Positions 38,697-49,516 are shown, counted from the first letter of the stretch. The stretch: DNA of 64,000 nt from Truepera sp. (GCA_965218435.1 CBDCKW010000009.1:1984001-2048000), one strand, 5' to 3'. Translations and numbers: made by a program. The notes: generated by a model not told the origin, from the sequence alone.

Positions 38697-40121
38697 CTAC
38701 CCGCCTGCTGAACCCACCTGTTTCGGCTTGCGGAGATAAAGGTCATCGTACTTGGGTGACTGGCTATAGTGTTTAGCGATACGCGGGTCGTTCATATGGT
38801 CAATGCCGAAGGTCGAAATAACCTTCGGTTGATACAGTGCGATGTCGCGGTAGACGTTGTAGTCATAATCTTTTAAGACGGCGAGTGTCTCGGCAGCTTT
38901 GTACGGTTCACCCGCCATATACCAGATAAAGTCAACGTCTTGGCGGAAGAGGTTAAACTCGATATTGCCGTCGTACACGTAATCGTTCAGGTCGGTCAGC
39001 TCGAGCACGTACTGAATTTTCCTTAGCTGCGGAGTGTTGGTAAATACAAAGATGCTCCTAACCTGAGTGACAAACGGCATAAACGCGATAAATAAAAGGG
39101 TCAGAGCGGCAAAGCGACTACGGCCCCTAAGCGCCTGAGCGAACCCACTAGCAGCTAAAACGGCGACGAAAGGGAAAACCAGCAAATAGTACTGCAGATT
39201 TTGCCGACCGGTCAGAAGCGAAAAACCAAACACACCGGCGGCGAGAAAGAGCAGCTCCCACTCGAGCCGCTTTTTACGCCGTAAAAAGACCGTGACCGCA
39301 AAAAAGAGTAATACTACACTGTTGGCGCTGAAAAGTCTGTCAATGTTGGTCGCAAGTTTGCTCGCCTCCCAGCCGCGCAGCTGATAGTAAAGCGCGTTAT
39401 AGGTAAAGTTCCAAAAGATAAAGGTTGACAGCTTGCCGCTAACGAGCAGATAAAAAAAGTAAGGGAGCACGCCTAAGATCACCGAGCCTGCAAAGATGAG
39501 CCCTTCGCCGAATTTGATATCGCGGCCGAACAGCCAGCGACCTAACAAGACCAACCCGACCAAACCGGCAAACACAATCCCCTTTTGCAAATAGAGGATC
39601 GAAACGCCGAAAACCAAGCCGCTGGCGACTAAAAGCCAGCGCGCCCGCGTCCGAAAAAAGCGGATGATCAGGTAGACACCCAAAAGCCCGAAGAGGCACT
39701 GCGGCACATCGGGGCGTATCTCGATGGCTTTAGCAGTAAAAAGGGTCGTAAACGACAAAAAAAGCGTACCTAAAACAGCACTCAGGCGGTCTTGGTAAAC
39801 CTCCCAAGTGATGAAGTAGATCAGCGTCAACATCGCTACAAGCAAGGCGAAAATGACCATGCGGGCGGCGATCAAAACGTCTGTCGTCCCGCCGAAAAGG
39901 GTGTAGAGCGGGAGCAGCGTGTAGTGGGTAAAGGGGTGGTGGTGCTGGAGAAAGTCGGTATAGATAGCTTGACCTTGGGACAGCTTCCAGGTCGTATGCA
40001 TCACCTCGAACTCGTCGTGGTCAAAAAAGCGGTTCAGTGATGAGAAAAAAAGCAGCCCGACCGAGAGCCCGAGTAGAGCCCAGGCGAGTACGCTCACGGG
40101 GCGCTGGGTGCGCGGCGTCAC
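38697..40121 (-). CDS. GT-C fold glycosyltransferase (ArnT/PMT-like)
   Basis: DHDE loop after TM1, IYTDFLQHHHP, EIRPD, multiple TMs. Confidence 0.78.
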   Translation of the reverse strand: MTPRTQRPVSVLAWALLGLSVGLLFFSSLNRFFDHDEFEVMHTTWKLSQGQAIYTDFLQHHHPFTHYTLLPLYTLFGGTTDVLIAARMVIFALLVAMLTLIYFITWEVYQDRLSAVLGTLFLSFTTLFTAKAIEIRPDVPQCLFGLLGVYLIIRFFRTRARWLLVASGLVFGVSILYLQKGIVFAGLVGLVLLGRWLFGRDIKFGEGLIFAGSVILGVLPYFFYLLVSGKLSTFIFWNFTYNALYYQLRGWEASKLATNIDRLFSANSVVLLFFAVTVFLRRKKRLEWELLFLAAGVFGFSLLTGRQNLQYYLLVFPFVAVLAASGFAQALRGRSRFAALTLLFIAFMPFVTQVRSIFVFTNTPQLRKIQYVLELTDLNDYVYDGNIEFNLFRQDVDFIWYMAGEPYKAAETLAVLKDYDYNVYRDIALYQPKVISTFGIDHMNDPRIAKHYSQSPKYDDLYLRKPKQVGSAGG

Positions 40122-40458
40122 GCGGTCGCTCTGGAATGTGCCCGAGCTTGCTCATTATCTTTTAACATCAGGTTGCCTTTCTGACAGCTGGTACGCGCGC
40201 CACCACAGTAACGCAGCGAGAAGTGACAGGTATACCCTGAGTGGCGGACATCGTTTAGTAGAAATGTTCCGTAGGCTTGCGCAGCGAGATGAAGTTCGGA
40301 GAAGCAACGCTCTCAATATAGATTCATTGACCAGCACACACATCCTAAGATGATAATGGCGTCCATCTCTTTTAGAAATGCTAAAAGTAACAGAGGATAG
40401 GGAGAAGCAGGAGCTTATCAAGTGCGCTGCATAACTCTACTGAACGTCTTAAACAGTG

Positions 40459-42150
40459 TCACGGCGTCGGCTTAGCCTTTCCTTCGCGTGCGTAGAGGTG
40501 GAGCAGACCCTGCGGCTTCGAGGTAAAGATAAGCCGGTAGCCGGAACCGTTAAGCTGCCGTAAAATAGCCTGAACGTTAGCACGCTCGAGCTCGCCGTTC
40601 AGATCACCCCAAAAGAGCACGTAGTCTACTGCGGCACCCGTCTCCCTTTGATAAGCCGCGACGTCAAAGGCGAAGGGGGGATTCTCGAGCGACTTTATCC
40701 CTCTGTCACCCAGATACTGAACGGGACTTCTAGCTCCGGTGTACTTTATTGGAAAGTAATCTTTGGCCGCCTGATAGTCCACCAGGTCAACGATCTCTTT
40801 GCTCGGCGCGACGTACCCGAGCGCGTGCCGCGCCTCGTCATAACGCAAGTTGGGATAGAGGTTCCGCAAACCCAGAGGCGTAGCTGAGCTGGGCAGATAA
40901 AGGGGTAGTACGGTGCTGTTATTGTCAATTACTTTGGCGGCTGAGACGTATTCACCAATCGAACGGCTTAAGGCAGCGTGAACCGGTAGCCGGTAGAGCA
41001 TCAGCGCACCCCAAACGCTCAACCCGGTAACGGCGGCAACGCGCCAGTTACGCGCCGACGTCTGAAACGCCGAAAGCCACAACACGAGTAGGGCGTAGCC
41101 GTAGGGCAAAAAGCGGTTGGGCAACCAACCTACTTCGCCGAGACGGTTAGGGGACCAGAAGACGATCAAAAAGAACACGAGAAACGCGACCAGCAGCTCA
41201 GGCGCAGGAATATAGCGGGCTTTTATCCCGGCGACCAGTACAAAAATCACCAACCCTAACATCAGCATGACGAGCGAAAGCGTAAACACCAGGTCGAGCC
41301 AGGTGTGAATCACCAGCAAGCTGTAGATGGTATAGGCCGGATGGGGTAGGTGAACGAAAAATCCGTGTAAAAGTTGGGAAAAACTTAAAAAATTGGTGGT
41401 ATCAGCTTGCGCCGTCTTAGGTTTTTGAACGAAGAAAAAGAGGACGAACGCGAGCGTAGGGAGCACCGCCAAAATGCTGAGTCCGAAGGTGCGCCTGTCG
41501 CCCCGGACGAGGAGCCTCAGCAGCGCCAAGATACCGAGCGCCAAAAGCGTATTCGCCGCGGCGATCACATGAACAAAATAGCTGAGCAGTACGGTAAAGG
41601 CTAAAAGTACCACCAACCCAAAAGTTTGCGTAAACGACTGCGTGGGGGCGTTGACCAGCCTGAAGTAAAGCCCGAGCGCAAGCAAAAAGAGCGGCAGACC
41701 AAAACAGAGGTTATAAAACCCTAGATAAAAGATGTAAGAGTAAACGGCCGGTAAGATGAGAAAAGCCGCTAAAGGTGCCCCTTTAAGGCCGCGTACGGCG
41801 AAGAGCGCCGTTAGCGGGACGAGCAGCGCGTAGGCACTTAACAGTAGCTTTTCGGCTGTTAAAAGAGGTAAAAACGACCCTAACCCGACGAGCAGTGCGT
41901 GGTAGAGCTGATTCGTGGCCAAATGCCAATTGGCACTATAAAAACCCTGTAAAAAGGTGCTGTTTTTTAGCTCGAGCAGGTGCGCCGCTGTCTCCAGGTG
42001 AGCGGGACCGTCTTGAGTCGGAATATAGGGGAAGAGCCAGAGAGGGAGCAAAAGTAGCAGAGACGCGACCAGCCACATCGCAGTCCAGCTAGACCTGTCT
42101 ATCTTTTGGGGTTGGGTATCTGTTTGAGTAACTAGGGGACGCTGCACCAT
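40459..42150 (-). CDS. multi-pass membrane protein, probable GT-C
   Basis: PTQDGPAH after TM1, LGFYN, ~11 TMs and a soluble C-terminal domain; start uncertain. Confidence 0.6.
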   Translation of the reverse strand: MVQRPLVTQTDTQPQKIDRSSWTAMWLVASLLLLLPLWLFPYIPTQDGPAHLETAAHLLELKNSTFLQGFYSANWHLATNQLYHALLVGLGSFLPLLTAEKLLLSAYALLVPLTALFAVRGLKGAPLAAFLILPAVYSYIFYLGFYNLCFGLPLFLLALGLYFRLVNAPTQSFTQTFGLVVLLAFTVLLSYFVHVIAAANTLLALGILALLRLLVRGDRRTFGLSILAVLPTLAFVLFFFVQKPKTAQADTTNFLSFSQLLHGFFVHLPHPAYTIYSLLVIHTWLDLVFTLSLVMLMLGLVIFVLVAGIKARYIPAPELLVAFLVFFLIVFWSPNRLGEVGWLPNRFLPYGYALLVLWLSAFQTSARNWRVAAVTGLSVWGALMLYRLPVHAALSRSIGEYVSAAKVIDNNSTVLPLYLPSSATPLGLRNLYPNLRYDEARHALGYVAPSKEIVDLVDYQAAKDYFPIKYTGARSPVQYLGDRGIKSLENPPFAFDVAAYQRETGAAVDYVLFWGDLNGELERANVQAILRQLNGSGYRLIFTSKPQGLLHLYAREGKAKPTP

Positions 42151-42611
42151 AACGGGCTTCACCTTACCACCTGTCAAAAGCCCAGCGTGGCTCAAAGGTA
42201 CCGTATGATAGGGCTTACGCATATGGCTTGCAGCGAGGTTTTCGTGTCTCTATCACCGTTGTACCGAAGGTCAACGATCTTATGGGGTTCTTTCTACGCG
42301 CGTCTCCGACGCTGAACATGCAAGAGCTATACCGGAGTTGGCAAGGCCACCGAAAGCAGTACACTACCTTTGCTTGCGAAACTGTGTCATATGCATAAGC
42401 CCTGACCGTACTAAAAGGTGTTTCTCTCGAGCTGCTTGGTCACGCGGTTCACACCTTTAACGAAATCAAGAAGCCTTGTAAAGATAGCAGAAGCGCACCG
42501 CCAGGTTGTCTCTGCGCTCTAAGTACACGGCTTTAAGAGAAGAAGCTCTCCGTAGCAGCATGGAGTTTGCGAGAACGTCGTCTAAAGAAAAGCTAGATAA
42601 AGCATACAAAG

Positions 42612-42800
42612 TTGATAACAGCGTTGAAAGAGGCTGGACTAAAGCTGCATAAGTCGCGGCTTATGTTTTTGAGTCTCATGATGCTTGCCGTGGTGCAGCC
42701 AAAGACCGTCAACTTAGCATCGTTGGTAAGAATGCCGAAGGACAAAACGCAAGCGGACTCATGTTATAGACGCGCACAACGTTTTCTTCAAGCTCTCCGT
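42612..42800 (+). mobile_element. IS4-family transposase N-terminal remnant
   Basis: LHKSRLMFLSLMMLAVVQPKTVNLASL...DSCYRRAQRFL resembles the IS4-type N-terminus; no DDE core follows. Confidence 0.6.
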
Positions 42801-42880
42801 GTAGTGCTAACAAGCTACAGCAATTTCGGTGTTTTTGGCGTTCGCCCTGTACTCAGAGAAAAGGTGTATAACGGGCAAGG

Positions 42881-43072
42881 GTGAGCATGACACGTGTTTA
42901 CGACCAACCTTATTTGGAAACAGGAACCGGCTTGCTGCTGGGGACAGCGTTTGGACTCGCGCTCGGCCACCTGGCCGCCGGTGCGTTTCTGGGTGTCGCC
43001 GCCGGGTTCGTCTATGAGCTGCTGGTCGCCGCAAAAGTTACCGAAAAAGTCACCATAAAACGGCGAAGCTGA
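42881..43072 (+). CDS. small membrane protein at the head of the ABC-2 operon
   Basis: Gly-rich 2-TM peptide 5 nt upstream of the ATPase. Confidence 0.55.
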   Translation: MSMTRVYDQPYLETGTGLLLGTAFGLALGHLAAGAFLGVAAGFVYELLVAAKVTEKVTIKRRS

Positions 43073-43077
43073 ACTAA

Positions 43078-43974
43078 ATGCACCCTATTGTTGAAGTAAA
43101 CGGGTTTTCAAAGCGGTTTGGTTCGGCACAGGTCGTTTCTGAGCTCTCTTTTGAAGTCGGACGTGGCGAGATTTTTGCCTTTTTGGGTGCGAACGGTTCG
43201 GGTAAAACTACCACCATTCGCACACTTTTAGGGATTTATCAACCGGACGCGGGCGAGCTGCTCGTTGATGGTCAACGTTACACGCCGGAGCTAGCTCCAC
43301 TGCTCGGGTACCTACCTGAAGAACGCGGGCTTTACGCGACCTCGAGAGTTTTAGAAACCCTCGTCTATTTCGGCGAACTTAAAGGCTTGGGCCGCGCCGA
43401 AGCAAAGACGCGGGCGGCGCGTTACTTAGAGCGTGTCGGTTTAGCCGACAAAGCCAACACCCCGCTTAAAAAGCTCTCGGGCGGTCAGCAGCAAAAAGTG
43501 CAGCTCGGCGCGACGATCATCAATACGCCGGAACTGCTCGTGTTAGACGAGCCGACCAAGGCGCTCGACCCGGTGAACCGGGCGCTCCTGATGGAACTGC
43601 TGCTTGAACTGAACCGGGCAGGCTCGAGCATCGTCTTTATCACACACCAGATGGACGAAGTTGAGCGGGTCGCCGAGCGCCTGGTGATGATTAAGGGCGG
43701 TAAGCGGGCACTTTACGGAGATTTAAGCGAGATCAAAAAACAGTTTCGTGACAACACGCTGCAGGTCGGTTTTGAAGGTCACTTTCCGGCGCATCCTGAG
43801 CTTTACGACGCGGCGGTAGGTGCTCAGTCTGCAACTGTAACGCCGCACGCGGGCGTTGACGCCCAGCGTATCTTAAGGGCGCTCTTAGATGACGGCCTCG
43901 TCATCACCGAGTTTGCGCTACGCACCCCGTCCCTTGACGATATCTTTTTACGGGTGTCGGAAGGGAACGCGTAG
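43078..43974 (+). CDS. ABC-2 exporter ATPase (NatA-like)
   Basis: GANGSGKTT, GYLPEERGLY and LSGGQQQK. Confidence 0.9.
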   Translation: MHPIVEVNGFSKRFGSAQVVSELSFEVGRGEIFAFLGANGSGKTTTIRTLLGIYQPDAGELLVDGQRYTPELAPLLGYLPEERGLYATSRVLETLVYFGELKGLGRAEAKTRAARYLERVGLADKANTPLKKLSGGQQQKVQLGATIINTPELLVLDEPTKALDPVNRALLMELLLELNRAGSSIVFITHQMDEVERVAERLVMIKGGKRALYGDLSEIKKQFRDNTLQVGFEGHFPAHPELYDAAVGAQSATVTPHAGVDAQRILRALLDDGLVITEFALRTPSLDDIFLRVSEGNA

Positions 43975-44011
43975 AGGCCCCAATGACAAGAACCCTGTTG
44001 AGAGGAGCCGT

Positions 44012-45268
44012 ATGAACCGTCAAGTTTGGCTGATCTGTCGTCGTGAATACAGCAAAATTATCCGTAGCCGCACCTTTTGGCTGACCACCTTTTTACTCCC
44101 GGTGATCGTCGCGGTGTTCGGCTTTATCTCGGGTTTATCATCTGAAAACGCTGAAAACAGCGCCGCCGCGCAGGTTCAAAATGCCAAAGAGATCGCCGTT
44201 TTAGACGAAGGGGACGTCATTGCCCCCGCTCTTTACAAGTCTCCTTACGTTAAGGTGACTGACCTTAACGCGGCGTTGCAACAGGTCAAAGCCGGACAGA
44301 TAGATGCACTTTTCGTCTATCCCAAAAATCTGGCTCGGTCGGGTATGGTGGACGTCTACGCACAGGCGACAACGGTGTTCTCGAGCGGGTCGTACAACGA
44401 CGCGGCGAGAGACCTCTACCGGCAGAGCGTTCTGGCGCGGCTTAACGACCCACGCGCCGTCGCCCTCTTAAACGGTTCGTTAGACGTTCACACGACGAGT
44501 TACCGGGGCGGCGCACCCGCACCCGCGCTGGCGAGCTACCTGTTACCCGGCGCTTTGGTCGCGCTCTACTTTTTGCTGCTCTACGTCTCGCTGGGGTATA
44601 TGATCACCGGCGTTTCCGAAGAGAAGGAAAACCGCGTGATCGAGATTATGTTAACTACGGTGCGACCCTACCGGCTGGTGTGGGGCAAACTGCTCGGACT
44701 CATGGGCGTGGTTTTTACCCAGCTCGTCTTGCTACTCGGGTTGGCGCTCGTCAGCACGACTCTGCTAGGCCGCCAGCTACCCTTTGAGCTGAACCTTGCG
44801 GCGCTGCCCGTCAACGTGCCGCAACTCTTGTTCGGCGTCTTTTACCTCTTGGCCGGGTTGTTTTTGTCGGCGGCGCTGCAGCTCGGGCTCGGCGCGATGA
44901 TGCCGAGTGCGCGTGAGGCGGGGCGTTTCTCCGGGCTCTTTTTGTTCGCCTCGATCAGCCCGGTCTATTTCGTCTCGACGCTCTTACAAAACCCTAACGG
45001 GGTCGTAGCCCAGGTGACCAGCTATTTTCCGCTTACCGCGCCGCTCATCTTGCTGCTCAGAAACGCGCTCGGGGCGCTGCCACTTTGGGAAGCGGTGCTC
45101 GGCGCGCTCGTTCTGGGATTATACGTGGCGCTCGCGCTCGAGCTGGCGTTTGTGCTCTTCCATTTGGGATCGCTCGAGTACACTCAGCGCGTCCCCTTCA
45201 AACAGCTTTTTGCGGGCAGGCAACGCGCCGCTGCCTTGCCAGAGCAGCCGCGGCAGCCGGTAAAGTAG
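44012..45268 (+). CDS. ABC-2 exporter permease (NatB-like)
   Basis: EEKENRVIEIML, GKLLG; GAGGAG RBS before ATG at 44012. Confidence 0.88.
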   Translation: MNRQVWLICRREYSKIIRSRTFWLTTFLLPVIVAVFGFISGLSSENAENSAAAQVQNAKEIAVLDEGDVIAPALYKSPYVKVTDLNAALQQVKAGQIDALFVYPKNLARSGMVDVYAQATTVFSSGSYNDAARDLYRQSVLARLNDPRAVALLNGSLDVHTTSYRGGAPAPALASYLLPGALVALYFLLLYVSLGYMITGVSEEKENRVIEIMLTTVRPYRLVWGKLLGLMGVVFTQLVLLLGLALVSTTLLGRQLPFELNLAALPVNVPQLLFGVFYLLAGLFLSAALQLGLGAMMPSAREAGRFSGLFLFASISPVYFVSTLLQNPNGVVAQVTSYFPLTAPLILLLRNALGALPLWEAVLGALVLGLYVALALELAFVLFHLGSLEYTQRVPFKQLFAGRQRAAALPEQPRQPVK

Positions 45269-45298
45269 CGGGCGCAGTTCAGTAGCGCCGTTTACCCG

Positions 45299-45580
45299 CT
45301 AGTTTCCCCGTTCACTTTCCGGTCTGAGAGACTCGCTTACAGCCTTTTCGCTAGCACGACGGCCGAGAATATACCGGACGGCTCTCTCCAAGACCTCGTC
45401 ACACCCCTCGCGGACACCTTTGAGCGTTGGTACTGTCACCATGTCCGGAACGATACCCACCCGCTGCGTCGTGCGCTTGTCCGGATAAAACACCCCGATT
45501 CTGCTGATCAGCATCTCGACGCCACCCGGCAAGCTGAAACGTTCCGCCGGGGCGGTCGTGAGGGGGTGGCGTCTCATCTA
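45299..45580 (-). pseudogene. C-terminal fragment of an S41-family peptidase
   Basis: FSLPGG...GVFYPD...QRVGIVPD..V.PT..GVREG.DEVLERAV; the N-terminal part is missing. Confidence 0.6.
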
Positions 45581-45787
45581 TGTTGGCTATACGGCTGACA
45601 ACCATCTTTTGAGATTTGCCTTTACGAGAAACGACGACACTGCTCGCCCCGCAGCTGCCGCGCGGCAGATTTTGGACGATGTCGCCTAGTCGTCTCGCCT
45701 CATTTGAGGCGCTGTAAAGAGGGCTCCACGCTTTGATAAGGTCGGTAAGTCTCCTTGATTGCGCAAGCACCTACCCACAAGATGAGG

Positions 45788-46729
45788 TCAGCGCGTTTCT
45801 GAAAGCCAGCTGATAAGTACCCGGTTGACCTCTCTAGGTTTCTCCTGGTGTACAAAATGACCGGCGTCTAGCATCACAGTTCTCGGTTCTGTCTCGGTCC
45901 ACAAGCCATTTCGGAGGTGCCCTGAAACAAGCAAAAAGCGGTCATTGCGGCCGTGAATCACGAGCGTCAGTGACTGCACTTTAGATAGCGTTTCATCAAC
46001 TAGGTAAGGTTGTCTTGGGTAGTTTAGTCGGTAAAACGCCGTGACCGCACGGTGGTCTGTACGAGCGTCGGCCACTAAGTAAAGGGGCCAGCCGGGTGGG
46101 TCACGTAGGACGCCGATAGGTCCGACCCGGAAGGCAGCGTGGGCATCCTCTTGTTGCATTCTTCGGGCATATGCGCTCGCCCCGTGTTGCGCTGGATTGC
46201 TTGCAAGTTCTTGGGCGAAAGCATTAGGGTGGGGCACGCTCAAGATAGTGAGTTTGTCGGTCATCTCTGGGTGCAACGTGGCAAAAAGCCAGGCGACGAG
46301 AGCACCGGAGTCATGACCGACGATGTGCGCCCTATCGTAACCCTCGTGGCGAACGACGGCAGCGACATCTTCAACGACTTGGCGGGTAAGGTAAGCATCT
46401 CTCTTTGTGGGCTTACCTGAGCGGTTAAAGCCCCGCTGATCAACCGCAACGACCCGGAAGCCAGCCTCGGCTAAGGGCACAAGCTGCTGCCGCCACGAAT
46501 ACCAGAACTCGGGAATGCCGTGGATCAGCACCACCAGTGGACCCTTGCCCAAACTAACGTAGTGCGTCTTTACGCCCTCGCTCTCAGCAAAGTGGTGTTT
46601 GACGCGGCCCGCGACACCGCCAAATAGACGTAACGCGCCGCTCGCTACAGCAGTCGCAGCGAGCGCCAGCCCAAGGTAGCCGAAACTACGACGCCACCGG
46701 AAGGATCGTTTTGAAAGACCTGAACTCAC
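45788..46729 (-). CDS. alpha/beta hydrolase, epoxide-hydrolase-like
   Basis: HGIPEFWYSWR, GHDSG, D..L and AGHFVHQE. Confidence 0.88.
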   Translation of the reverse strand: MSSGLSKRSFRWRRSFGYLGLALAATAVASGALRLFGGVAGRVKHHFAESEGVKTHYVSLGKGPLVVLIHGIPEFWYSWRQQLVPLAEAGFRVVAVDQRGFNRSGKPTKRDAYLTRQVVEDVAAVVRHEGYDRAHIVGHDSGALVAWLFATLHPEMTDKLTILSVPHPNAFAQELASNPAQHGASAYARRMQQEDAHAAFRVGPIGVLRDPPGWPLYLVADARTDHRAVTAFYRLNYPRQPYLVDETLSKVQSLTLVIHGRNDRFLLVSGHLRNGLWTETEPRTVMLDAGHFVHQEKPREVNRVLISWLSETR

Positions 46730-46916
46730 ATGCTCTCCTCAACCCTCCAATGAGAATAACGTAGCGGACTAGGAGGTCTCGAGTATCTTAATCTTTTGCC
46801 GGAAATATGAGAACAGAGCGTTATCAAAAAACCAAGAGACACCACAGCAACTTGTTTCCCGGTAAAGATGGGGAGTAGACGCTACGTCTGATATACGCGT
46901 CGCGTCAGAGCACTCC

Positions 46917-47306
46917 TTACCAGTAACGTTGCTTGGTGGCTGGCGGCTGGGTTGAGCTGGGACAAGATGATTTCAACCGCTCACTGATTCGTGTCCTCGA
47001 TATAGGCACGACGACGCTTACCGCGCCGAGCGACAGAGCGCGGTAGTAACTTGCGATCCCGACCGCCAAAAATACGCCCCCGAGGTAGGCGTTCCAGGCA
47101 GATGGGTGCCCCAGCTCACGCCAGTGCAGCTCGTTTGTAAGAAGAGCAACGACAAACGAACCGGCGACGAGCATCACCGAGGTGATGAGGAGCACCAAAA
47201 ATTCCGGCATTCCGCCGCCGATGGCGCGGCTGACAAAAGGCGCGACGAACGAATAGGCGAACATGGCGATAAACGCCCAGAGTACAGCCGACATCATGGC
47301 CTCCAA
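46917..47306 (-). pseudogene. truncated EamA/DMT transporter
   Basis: Hydrophobic EamA-like helices to YYRALSLGAVSVVVPI, then an unrelated hydrophilic tail. Confidence 0.55.
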
Positions 47307-47470
47307 GAAAGTTTAAGGGCGTATCAATTGCCCCAAAACCTAACGGAGCATAGCAGGCCGTAAATGTCCCAACCTATATGTCTGACGCTATATTTCGGGG
47401 GCTCGAGGTTATCTTTTAAGTGGTTATAAGCAGATTATAGGTTCAAACTTGTTACAGTTTGGCGAAAAAC

Positions 47471-47513
47471 AAGCCAAGCTCGACACTATATTTTCGCGTA
47501 CTGAGCTTGGCTT
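47471..47513 (-). terminator. terminator of the lipoprotein pair
   Basis: AAGCCAAGCTC...GAGCTTGGCTT followed by GTTTTT on the - strand. Confidence 0.7.
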
Positions 47514-47544
47514 GCCGACCTTATTAAGCTTTTAACTACTGAAG

Positions 47545-47988
47545 CTATGCTCCTTCAATAAACGAGACCTGAAGACAGATTTCTTCTCCTCGCTGTTCGG
47601 TAGGCACGTTGCAATCTACTGGGAGCGGCTCGCCTTGCAAGGGTGGATTTATTGAAACACCCAACAAAGGTCTATAGCGGTAAGACCCCGCAACCTTTGT
47701 GTACCCAACTTCTTCGCCGTTCACCCCATAGCACCACGCTTCAACGGTTATAGACGTACCCGCCGATTCAGGAGTTAAAAAATCAACGTTATCTATAGTA
47801 CCAGGTAAAACTTTTCCTGTTTCAATAATTGTGCCAGGATAGCTACCCTTTGCCTTCAGACCACCTAAACAAAGCGTCTTTTCTTGAAGATTTGTGACAT
47901 TCATTCCTACATTGGCGCGAGGCTGTCCACAACCGATTAGAAAAAGTAGCAACATCACTACACCCAAGCCAAGTTTAGTTGATCGCAT
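47545..47988 (-). CDS. hypothetical lipoprotein
   Basis: Lipobox LFLIGC; 4 further Cys; overlaps the upstream gene by 14 nt. Confidence 0.7.
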   Translation of the reverse strand: MRSTKLGLGVVMLLLFLIGCGQPRANVGMNVTNLQEKTLCLGGLKAKGSYPGTIIETGKVLPGTIDNVDFLTPESAGTSITVEAWCYGVNGEEVGYTKVAGSYRYRPLLGVSINPPLQGEPLPVDCNVPTEQRGEEICLQVSFIEGA

Positions 47989-49516
47989 AAACGCCTACCT
48001 CGTAGTTCGTCGTATCGGTGATGCCTAACCAAAGGTCTGGATAGTTTTGGGTTCTGACTTCCAGAACTTGATACTGACCTAACTTACCCCGATTCAACAC
48101 TTTGTAGCGCCATTCAAGGACAGCGGAGAAGTGAGCTCTTCCAAGACTTGTAAAAGATTGAGCAAGTACAGGAACGTCGCTGTTCCTAGACTTCGGCCAG
48201 CCAGACGAAGCACTATTTCTAAACATCGCCCACTTCAGTAGCTCAACTTTTGCTGGTGCATTTCTTTGATTATTAATACTGTTTGAAGCCTGATTCCTTT
48301 CATGCAAAGTGGGTGCATACTCTCCCAAAAATCGCGCGATGCCCTCATGGAATTGTTTGGCTCTAGTCAAATAACCATCACCAAACCAGCAAGTACCCAT
48401 GTAGGTACTAATGAGCGGTAACTTATCATTGCCAACCGGCTTCGTTAGGTTGTACCGCAACCCTTTTCGAGAATCATCAGGACGCTTAGGATCAAAGTTT
48501 AGATTAAGAATGCGGTGTCCTCGGTACTGAAATTGGAAATCGAGAAGACCGACTAGGGCAGCTGGGGCGCAACCGAGAGCGGTAGCAGGAAAAGACCTTC
48601 TGTCTATAGCTGGTGGACAGATGAAATAACGCCAATCACCATAATTGTGACTGAAATCAGATGGAAACTGGTCAAAACCACTTGGAGATAACTTAAATTC
48701 TTTACCATTAAGTTTGAGCATCGTACTTCTAAGCGTCCACCCGTTTTGACTAGGGTTTTGATATTGCGGCGACAGAGTATGGGTAAACGCCTGAACATTA
48801 AGGTTGCCATCGGCTAACGTAGCTTTTTGCACGCGCTGAATGTTATCTCTCTCCAACAGCGGTGCCCAAGCACTTTTAAGCGTATCTTGAACACTGCTAT
48901 CTGCGTTTGCAGCGGCCATCTCGTCGTACTGTTGACGCGCTGCTTGCAACATAGTTGGGTCTGCTACAGCGTGAGTCTGCGTATCCCAAAGTTTTCCCGA
49001 AGTATCTTCAAGAAGAAACGTCACTGTAGAAGCGCCGACAAGCTGTTTGAACTTGCTAGGCCCACCTAAAGCTTTCAGCGTTTCGTAAAAGTCGAGGAGC
49101 GAACCTAGACCGCGTTCTTCCATCGAAACAAGGGGGCGTGCATCCGTTGCGCCTGTGACAGTCACCGTCCAGGGTGTTTCATCACCTTGACCTGCCCACT
49201 CGTCTCCAGTAAGACTCGAGGCAAACTGCCAGAGGTCATCAATAGGGCGGGGTGCCGTAAGGGTTACGTGCGCCAAAGGTTGCCCGTAAAAGTCAACAGA
49301 AGTGAGTGTATAAGTACTTATCGCAGCTTGGGCAAATAGTCGTAGACCTTGAGATAATTTGTCCTGAACGACAAAAGCTTGGGCAACTGTTATAGGTATA
49401 GCAGTTGCTTGAGTCAGATAGTTAAGTTTCGTCTCAGAAGTTGCATCTTTTACAGAAGATTGACACCCGGAAATGACCCCCACCAATAAGCACAGACCAA
49501 TAGCCAGCTTTCTCAC
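47975..49516 (-). CDS. hypothetical lipoprotein, possible papain-like Cys peptidase C-domain
   Basis: Lipobox VISGC; ALGCAPAAL and GRAHFSAV motifs; lower GC than the flanks. Confidence 0.65.
   Translation of the reverse strand: MRKLAIGLCLLVGVISGCQSSVKDATSETKLNYLTQATAIPITVAQAFVVQDKLSQGLRLFAQAAISTYTLTSVDFYGQPLAHVTLTAPRPIDDLWQFASSLTGDEWAGQGDETPWTVTVTGATDARPLVSMEERGLGSLLDFYETLKALGGPSKFKQLVGASTVTFLLEDTSGKLWDTQTHAVADPTMLQAARQQYDEMAAANADSSVQDTLKSAWAPLLERDNIQRVQKATLADGNLNVQAFTHTLSPQYQNPSQNGWTLRSTMLKLNGKEFKLSPSGFDQFPSDFSHNYGDWRYFICPPAIDRRSFPATALGCAPAALVGLLDFQFQYRGHRILNLNFDPKRPDDSRKGLRYNLTKPVGNDKLPLISTYMGTCWFGDGYLTRAKQFHEGIARFLGEYAPTLHERNQASNSINNQRNAPAKVELLKWAMFRNSASSGWPKSRNSDVPVLAQSFTSLGRAHFSAVLEWRYKVLNRGKLGQYQVLEVRTQNYPDLWLGITDTTNYEVGVYAIN

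Noticed and set aside
40155..40421. 88-aa ORF between the two GT-C-like genes
   Set aside because: No RBS or motifs; looks like AT-richer intergenic DNA
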